Origin: Eubacteriales bacterium
GTDB lineage: Bacteria > Bacillota > Clostridia > Oscillospirales > CAG-272
Reading direction: 5' to 3'
Length of the DNA: 64,000 nucleotides
NCBI GenBank assembly: GCA_045577175.1
Contig: JAZNHT010000017.1
Coordinates: 18,686-82,685 of the forward strand
Shown here: one piece after another, positions 57,793 to 64,000 of the stretch
Layout of the letters: the number at the start of each line of letters is the position of its first letter
Position numbering within the stretch: the stretch's first letter is position 1
Made by a program: the position numbers and the translations under genes
The notes under the pieces: generated by a model
What the model was told of the DNA's origin: nothing
The model's input: the letters and a program-made list of their open reading frames with translations, nothing else
The model's database searches: none

Positions 57793-60700
57793 ATGAAGAA
57801 ACTTTTGGCTCTTGTGCTCTGTCTTTCCATGGTGTTCTCGGCGATCCTCCCCGTGTTTGCGGAGGATGAGACCGAGGACTATATCATGACGCTGACAGAC
57901 GACAGCGCCGCGTTTACCATCGGTAACACGGCAACGACAGTCTATCTGATGGACTTTTTGAACAATCAGACCGGACTGAAAAACTTCAACGGAGAGGGCG
58001 TGACGAACTCAATAGCCGGGTACTCGGCTTGGCAGAATGCTTCGTATCTGACGTTTTACGGTTACGAGAATCTCTGGACGGACGTAAGCTACCAGGCTCC
58101 GTTTACGATCGAGGAGGACGGCTACTATTCGTTTGCGTTCCTCGGCGGCTCCGGAAACAAAAGCGGTGAGGTCAGCTATATCCCCGTTTATATTGATGAC
58201 GGTCCGACGTATCAGGTTCAAATGACTGCGGGTACGTCCTTGTCCCGTCCGTACTACGGCATGAATCATGTTTGGCTGGAAGCCGGTCAGCACGTATTCC
58301 ATGTAAAGAGAAACGTCGGGAGCACCGCAACACAGTATTACTACGGATTCAAGTTCGTAAAAGAGGGCAATCTCACGGAGAGCTTTGAGCTGCCCGATAC
58401 GTTTGTCGATGCTGAGTTTGTGGCGGCGGCAGACCGTGTGGCAATCGATAACCCTACGCTTTCGCATTATACGATTAATCAGAACACGAATTGGGAGATT
58501 TTTGACGGTACGGTGTATCTGCAAAGTCAGAACTCTCAGTACGCGTTCAAGTTTACCGCGCCTGTGTCGGGTACGTATGAGTTCGCCATCCGTATGATCG
58601 GCGATACCCATACGGAACGTACGCTTCCGAAAATTTCGGTGGACGGCACGTCGTTTGTGTATTCGCTGATCCCGAGCGGTACGGCTTCATTCCCGAGTTA
58701 TGTTTATTATACCGGCATGAGAATGGATCTGGTTGAGGGCGAGCACACCGTGTACATCACGCCGAGCGCTTCGACCGCGTACTTCCAGGGCTTCTATTTC
58801 GTGTGCACGGAGGAAAAGCCGAATCTGGAGTTCGATTTCACCAAGAGCGCACTTGGTACGACGCATGAGGTCAGCGACGCATTTGCGAATGCCTCTACGG
58901 TATACGCGTACAAATTCTACGATGATGACGTCGTTGCCGCAAACATCGCAAACGGTCTTGTACAGAGTGACGGCGTTCTTAGCGCAAAAGAGTGGGATTT
59001 CGGCGTGGAGCGTTATGCAGACTACAACCGTTACGACGCCGTAACAATGTCCCCCCATGCAACAAAGGCATATACCGTTGAGTTTACGGTTCCGACGGAC
59101 GGCATGTACGAATTTCGCTATGACTTCATTTCCGACGGAAACGGACGCGGTGCGTATCTGCAAATCGACGGCGGAGACGTCTATTATGCCTCCCTCGCGG
59201 CATCCTGGCCGAATCCTGTGTGTGTCTACGGTATCAAGGTAAACCTCACCGCCGGTACGCACACGTTCAAGCTGTATGCAAACCTCGGTAAGAGTTGTGC
59301 ATATTCCCGCGGCTTCGCTTTCGTCAAGCTGGAGGATACGGTCAGCACGACGAACATGTTCGACGGCGCGAATACGGTCGCCTTCTACGACTTCCACAAC
59401 ACAGGCCTTAACGTCATGACGCCTGACGGCGGCAGAACGTATAACTATTACTGTTGGAATCCCTCCGACTATGAGGGCACTCTGCCGGGCAGATACGGCA
59501 TTTGGCTGAACAACTCGACTGAGTACAAGCTCACCTTCACGCCTGAAACAACAGGCTTGTATGATCTCGGCGTGTTCCTGGCACACAACTACTCTGCTAC
59601 CAACAAAAATTCCACTTACAACATTACGTTGCGGGATGCATCCGGCATTGTCGGCGCGTATTCGCTTCCCGAGATTGATGCTTTCGTCGGCTACAAGCTG
59701 TATTATAAGTTTGCCGAGGATGTTGAGTTGCAGTCGGGCGTTACTTACACCATCGGCTTCTCCCGTGAGAGCAGCACTTCCAGTACGCTTGTGGATTTCT
59801 ACTACATGCAGACGGGCAGTGTAGGCTCCGAAACGGTTCCCGCAGGCTTTGAGGATGCAGGCGTTGTCAATCTGCGCGAGCAGGAGGCAGCAAATCTTGC
59901 AACCGGCTCCACCACCTACTGGCCGTGGAATTCGGGAGACTACGCTACCGATCTCGGCAAAGACGGCGTTCTTCTCAGCGGTACTTCCTTCATTTATAAT
60001 ATAACCTTTACTCCCGAAACGGACGGTATGTACTCTTTTGCCGCGTACCTTGTAAATAGCGGCAGGGGAAGTTCTGCCGGCTCCCGCCATATCCGTCTGA
60101 GCGATGAAAACGGCGAAATCGCAACGTATACGCTGTATGACCGTACACCCGGAAGCATTAACAGCAAGCTGTATTACAAGTTTGCGGACGGCGTAGAACT
60201 GAAGGGTGGCACGACCTACACGGTCGGATTCTTCACGCACGAGATCAGCGAAACAACGATCGTTGATTTCCTGTACGACCGTACCGGCGATATTTCTTAT
60301 GATGAAGATGCTGTCAAATGCGGTGAGGATCTCGCGTGGACGCTCGGCACTGACGGTACTCTCTACGTATACGGCACAGGCGCAATGTATGATTACGCAA
60401 ACGCTGCGGATACACCGTGGTACGATGTAAAGAACAGCATTCTCGCTGTGAATATCGGTGCCGGTGTTACGTCCGTCGGTGCACATGCGTTTGAAGCTGT
60501 TCCCAATCTTGCTTCTGTATATCTCGCAGAGAGCGTAACGGCGATCCATAGCAGTGCATTTGCATACTGCACGTCTCTCTCGACGATTACGCTTCCCACC
60601 TATCTTACGACGATCGGTGATAACGCTTTCTGCGGATGCTCTGTCCTTGGCGATGTGACGGTTCCCGCATACGTAACGTCGATTGCTGCCGGTGCGTTTG

Positions 60701-63700
60701 CCGACTGTGATTCGCTTTCGGGCATTCATGTTCCCGCATCTGTTGCGACGATCGGCAACGGCGCGTTTGCAGGCTGTAATTCGCTTACCGCGATCACTGT
60801 GGATGCCTCCAATTCCGTTTATACAAGTGATGCTTTCGGCGTGCTTTACAACAAAGCAACGTCTGTACTTGTTCAGTACCCGGCAGGTATGAGCGCATCG
60901 TCTTGTACCGTTCGTTCTTCTGTCAGCGCGATTGCGGATTCCGCTTTCGCAGGTGCCGTGAATCTGGTTGCGGTTGATCTGGCACAGGTTACGACGGTCG
61001 GCGCAAACGCCTTCAGCGGATGTGTGAATCTTTCCGCTGTGACGATTCCCGCAACTGTTGTCACCATCGGTGACGGTGCATTTGAGTCTTGCGCACTTAC
61101 GGCAGTGGAGATTCCCTCTTCCGTTCAGTATGTCGGCGGCCGTGCCTTCGGCGGATGCGCAAATCTTTCCTCCGTAACCGTTTCCTCCGATACGGTTTGC
61201 CTTGCTGCCAATGCGTTTGCAGGATGTGAATCTACTCTGGAAATCCGTGCAAATGCAGGTACTACCGCAGCCGTCCACGCGGCACAGAACGGCTATACAT
61301 TTACTCAGATTTCCGCATCTGCAATCGTTGCTTCCGGCGTTTACGGCGGTAATATTGTATGGTCGGTGGATTCCAACGGTCAGCTTGTCATCGCCGGTAG
61401 CGGTGCGATGGCGGATCCGATCGTGATCTCTTCGATTCCGTGGTTTGCGTACAGAGATTCCGTGAAAACCGTGAGCATCCAAAGCGGTGTGACTTCCATC
61501 TGTGATTACGCATTCTATGAGTTTACCGCAATGACGAGCTTGTCCATTCCTCAGACGGTTACAAGCATCGGTGCGTATGCATTCGCGCGTTGTCCCGGCA
61601 TCAAGACGCTTGCGATTCCGGAAGGTGTAACGTCTGTCGGAACATTTGCGTTTGCGTATATGAGCAAACTTCTTACCGTTTCTATTCCTTCAACTGTAAC
61701 AAATATCGGAAAACGTGCATTTGCGGAGAACCCTGTTCTTGTCAGAATTTCGGTAAATGAAGCCAATACGGCATATGCCTCCGATGCAAACGGTGTTCTC
61801 TACGATAAGGGTATGACTACCCTGATTCAGTATCCGCTCGGACTTCGTAACACTGCGTACACGATCCAGACTACCGTTACGACGATTGAAGCGTTTGCGT
61901 TTGCAGCGAATCCGTATCTTACCTCGATTACAGTTCCGACAGGTGTAACGTCGATCGGTGCTCACGCCTTTGACGGATGCTCCGCTCTGACGAGTGCGAC
62001 TGTTCCCGCGGGTGTGACGAATCTTTCGAATCACACGTTCGCAAATTGTACCGCCCTTTCTACGCTTACGATCAACTCGGGCGTTTCCTCGATTGGCGCA
62101 TTTGCTTTCGCGAATTGTACGTCCCTCGCAAGCGTGACTCTCCCTGTGAGCGTGTCGACGCTTTCCTCCGGCGCATTCCAAAACTGTACGGCACTGACAA
62201 CAGTCACTGTACCGCAGGAGCTGGAGACGATCGACATCGCTGCGTTCGAAGGCTGTACAAATCTTTCCGCTGTTTCGATTCCGGACAGCGTTACTACGCT
62301 CGGTGCACGCGCGTTTGATTCCTGTGCAAGCCTTACGTCAGCATCCATTCCTACCGGAATGACGGACATCAGCGCATACCTCTTTAATGACTGTACAAGT
62401 CTTGCAAGCGTGACCGTTCCCGAAACTGTAACGACGATCAAGGACGGTGCTTTCTACGGCTGTACCGCACTTTCGTCTGCGCCGATTCCTGCTGCAACGG
62501 AAACCATCGGTTACTTTGCTTTCTATAACTGTGACGCAATCAAGACGGTAGCGATTCCGGCAACTGTGTCGGTGATCCGTTCGATGGCATTTGCTTCCTG
62601 TAACGCTGTTACCGCTTTCACTGTTGATGAGGCGAACGAGACCTACTCCAACGATGATAAGGGTATCCTGTTCAATAAAGCCCAGACATCTCTTCTGCAG
62701 TATCCGCTGAACAGAACGGGCGGCGTTTACAGTGTTTACAGTATTCCTTCTACTGTTACGAACATCGGTATCGGTGCCTTTATGGGCTCTACGAGACTGA
62801 TGAACGTAAGTATCCCGACATCGGTTACCACTGTTAATGCATTTGCTTTTGCCGGATGTACAAAACTGGCGTACACCACAGTGACGAAGAACGTTACTTA
62901 CATCGGCTACGGTGCATACGCGAACTGTACGGCTTTGTCCACTGTAACGCTTTATGATAACCTTTTGAAGATCTCTCCGTACGCGTTTGCAAACTGTACG
63001 AAGATCACGAAACTTACGCTTCCCGAAACGCTGCAACGCATTGAATATCAGGCCTTCTCCGGCTGTACGAAGCTTACTTCGATTACGGTGAACTCTCCTG
63101 CCGTTGTCCTCGGGTACGGCGCATTCCCGGCTTCCGGTTCTGCGCTTACTGTAAGTGCTCCTGCCGGCTCTTCGGCTGAGGTTTACGCAGCGGATTACGG
63201 TCATACCTTTGTGGCTACTACGGAAGCGGAAGATACAGGCACTTCCGGTACGTGCGGTGATTCTGCCGTTTGGGAACTCACCAATGACGGCGTTCTTACC
63301 ATCACCGGTACGGGCACTATGGCGGATTACGCATACGGCGAGACTCCGTGGCATACTTACAGAGAGGACATCAAGCGCGTTGTTATCTCCGAAGGTGTGA
63401 CGAGCGTTGGAAGTTATGCGTTCTACAACTGCACAGCACTTGAGGATGTAGTGTTCCCGACGACAGTTGCGACGGTCGGTACACATGCATTTGTGAATAC
63501 CGCTCTCACCAATGTGGAGATTGCGGATACGGTTACCTCAATCGGTGCCGGTGCATTCGCAATCAACCCCTATCTCTCTGAAATCTTTATTTACGGTACG
63601 GCGACTGCAATCGGTGACGATGCATTTGCACATGCGGCAGAGAACTTCACCGTATACGGCTACAGAGCTTCTACGGCAAAAACGTATGCAGACGCAAACG

Positions 63701-64000
63701 GCCACACGTTTGTTTCTTTGGATCCCGATCACGTATGTGACTTCACCTACGCAACCGAGACGGACGAGGCTCACCCGCACGCTGTATACGGCGTCTGCGA
63801 GTGCGGCGAGAAGCAGATCACTGCTGAAAGCTCCGACAATGCAAGCTGTCTCGTATGCAATCCGTTCGAGCTGTTCGGTTCTTCGATGACACTGGGCAAC
63901 GCACTGGATGTAAACTTCTTTGTTAATATCTCCGATATTCCGGCAGGCACTACCGATTACTACATCTCCATCACGAAAACGTACGCAGACGGCAGAGCTG
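57793..64000 (+). CDS. giant BspA-type leucine-rich-repeat cell-surface protein, 3'-truncated by the window edge
   Basis: Signal peptide MKKLLALVLCLSMVFSAILPVFA. Frame 1 is open from 57793 to the window end and absent from the track because it has no stop. About 45 LRR_5 units ([IV]TIP.SVT.IG..AF..C..L). Repeated N-terminal modules of about 150 aa. Confidence 0.85.
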   Translation, partial: MKKLLALVLCLSMVFSAILPVFAEDETEDYIMTLTDDSAAFTIGNTATTVYLMDFLNNQTGLKNFNGEGVTNSIAGYSAWQNASYLTFYGYENLWTDVSYQAPFTIEEDGYYSFAFLGGSGNKSGEVSYIPVYIDDGPTYQVQMTAGTSLSRPYYGMNHVWLEAGQHVFHVKRNVGSTATQYYYGFKFVKEGNLTESFELPDTFVDAEFVAAADRVAIDNPTLSHYTINQNTNWEIFDGTVYLQSQNSQYAFKFTAPVSGTYEFAIRMIGDTHTERTLPKISVDGTSFVYSLIPSGTASFPSYVYYTGMRMDLVEGEHTVYITPSASTAYFQGFYFVCTEEKPNLEFDFTKSALGTTHEVSDAFANASTVYAYKFYDDDVVAANIANGLVQSDGVLSAKEWDFGVERYADYNRYDAVTMSPHATKAYTVEFTVPTDGMYEFRYDFISDGNGRGAYLQIDGGDVYYASLAASWPNPVCVYGIKVNLTAGTHTFKLYANLGKSCAYSRGFAFVKLEDTVSTTNMFDGANTVAFYDFHNTGLNVMTPDGGRTYNYYCWNPSDYEGTLPGRYGIWLNNSTEYKLTFTPETTGLYDLGVFLAHNYSATNKNSTYNITLRDASGIVGAYSLPEIDAFVGYKLYYKFAEDVELQSGVTYTIGFSRESSTSSTLVDFYYMQTGSVGSETVPAGFEDAGVVNLREQEAANLATGSTTYWPWNSGDYATDLGKDGVLLSGTSFIYNITFTPETDGMYSFAAYLVNSGRGSSAGSRHIRLSDENGEIATYTLYDRTPGSINSKLYYKFADGVELKGGTTYTVGFFTHEISETTIVDFLYDRTGDISYDEDAVKCGEDLAWTLGTDGTLYVYGTGAMYDYANAADTPWYDVKNSILAVNIGAGVTSVGAHAFEAVPNLASVYLAESVTAIHSSAFAYCTSLSTITLPTYLTTIGDNAFCGCSVLGDVTVPAYVTSIAAGAFADCDSLSGIHVPASVATIGNGAFAGCNSLTAITVDASNSVYTSDAFGVLYNKATSVLVQYPAGMSASSCTVRSSVSAIADSAFAGAVNLVAVDLAQVTTVGANAFSGCVNLSAVTIPATVVTIGDGAFESCALTAVEIPSSVQYVGGRAFGGCANLSSVTVSSDTVCLAANAFAGCESTLEIRANAGTTAAVHAAQNGYTFTQISASAIVASGVYGGNIVWSVDSNGQLVIAGSGAMADPIVISSIPWFAYRDSVKTVSIQSGVTSICDYAFYEFTAMTSLSIPQTVTSIGAYAFARCPGIKTLAIPEGVTSVGTFAFAYMSKLLTVSIPSTVTNIGKRAFAENPVLVRISVNEANTAYASDANGVLYDKGMTTLIQYPLGLRNTAYTIQTTVTTIEAFAFAANPYLTSITVPTGVTSIGAHAFDGCSALTSATVPAGVTNLSNHTFANCTALSTLTINSGVSSIGAFAFANCTSLASVTLPVSVSTLSSGAFQNCTALTTVTVPQELETIDIAAFEGCTNLSAVSIPDSVTTLGARAFDSCASLTSASIPTGMTDISAYLFNDCTSLASVTVPETVTTIKDGAFYGCTALSSAPIPAATETIGYFAFYNCDAIKTVAIPATVSVIRSMAFASCNAVTAFTVDEANETYSNDDKGILFNKAQTSLLQYPLNRTGGVYSVYSIPSTVTNIGIGAFMGSTRLMNVSIPTSVTTVNAFAFAGCTKLAYTTVTKNVTYIGYGAYANCTALSTVTLYDNLLKISPYAFANCTKITKLTLPETLQRIEYQAFSGCTKLTSITVNSPAVVLGYGAFPASGSALTVSAPAGSSAEVYAADYGHTFVATTEAEDTGTSGTCGDSAVWELTNDGVLTITGTGTMADYAYGETPWHTYREDIKRVVISEGVTSVGSYAFYNCTALEDVVFPTTVATVGTHAFVNTALTNVEIADTVTSIGAGAFAINPYLSEIFIYGTATAIGDDAFAHAAENFTVYGYRASTAKTYADANGHTFVSLDPDHVCDFTYATETDEAHPHAVYGVCECGEKQITAESSDNASCLVCNPFELFGSSMTLGNALDVNFFVNISDIPAGTTDYYISITKTYADGRA

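Noticed and set aside
58687-63486. Long minus-strand ORFs (931 aa, 382 aa and others) across the 58.7-63.5 kb region
   Set aside because: They are Arg/Cys/Gly-rich low-complexity translations with no motifs, antisense to a continuous plus-strand frame that encodes canonical BspA-type LRR repeats. They are reverse-complement artefacts of GC-rich repeats.
60430-63700. Regularly spaced 66-72-nt DNA repeats that could be mistaken for a CRISPR array or minisatellite
   Set aside because: The repeats are in-frame coding LRR units with variable sequence, no conserved direct repeat separated by unique spacers, and no cas genes. They are protein-repeat periodicity.

Overview
This 64 kb window is a high-GC Firmicutes/Clostridia-type chromosomal segment; the SLH, BspA-type LRR and Rnf genes plus hisZ with a short hisG make a gut anaerobe in the Oscillospiraceae/Ruminococcaceae the most likely source (inference). 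Housekeeping content includes a complete nine-gene histidine operon on the minus strand (hisZ-G-D-C-B-H-A-F-IE), ksgA, glyQS, potABCD, an rnfCDGEAB operon, a heterodimeric ABC exporter, an M18 aminopeptidase and an NfeD/flotillin pair. There is also an AraC-regulated cluster of Gfo/Idh/MocA, ThuA-like and xylose-isomerase-like enzymes. Two giant surface proteins are present: one of about 2317 aa with GLUG-like repeats, and one BspA-LRR protein of more than 2000 aa that runs off the 3' end and is therefore missing from the ORF track. The main finding is an accessory island at about 12.1-23.2 kb. It contains a PF14907-type nucleotidyltransferase transcribed divergently from a giant secreted protein. 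That protein is followed, apparently in one transcript, by an unannotated 41-aa ORF, an HprK-related P-loop kinase and a PqqD/RRE-like protein, all joined by GTGA stop/start overlaps. The 41-aa ORF carries a YxxPxAxxxG leader-like motif that resembles the RRE-binding motif of lasso-peptide leaders, so it is a strong candidate for the peptide substrate of this kinase/PqqD/nucleotidyltransferase triad. I recall this triad being grouped as the 'HPr-rel-A system' with no described substrate. A Crh-like HPr paralog that keeps Ser46 but lacks His15 lies 6 kb downstream. I saw no rRNA, tRNA, IS element or CRISPR array. Coordinates are read by eye from the six-frame track and the sequence.
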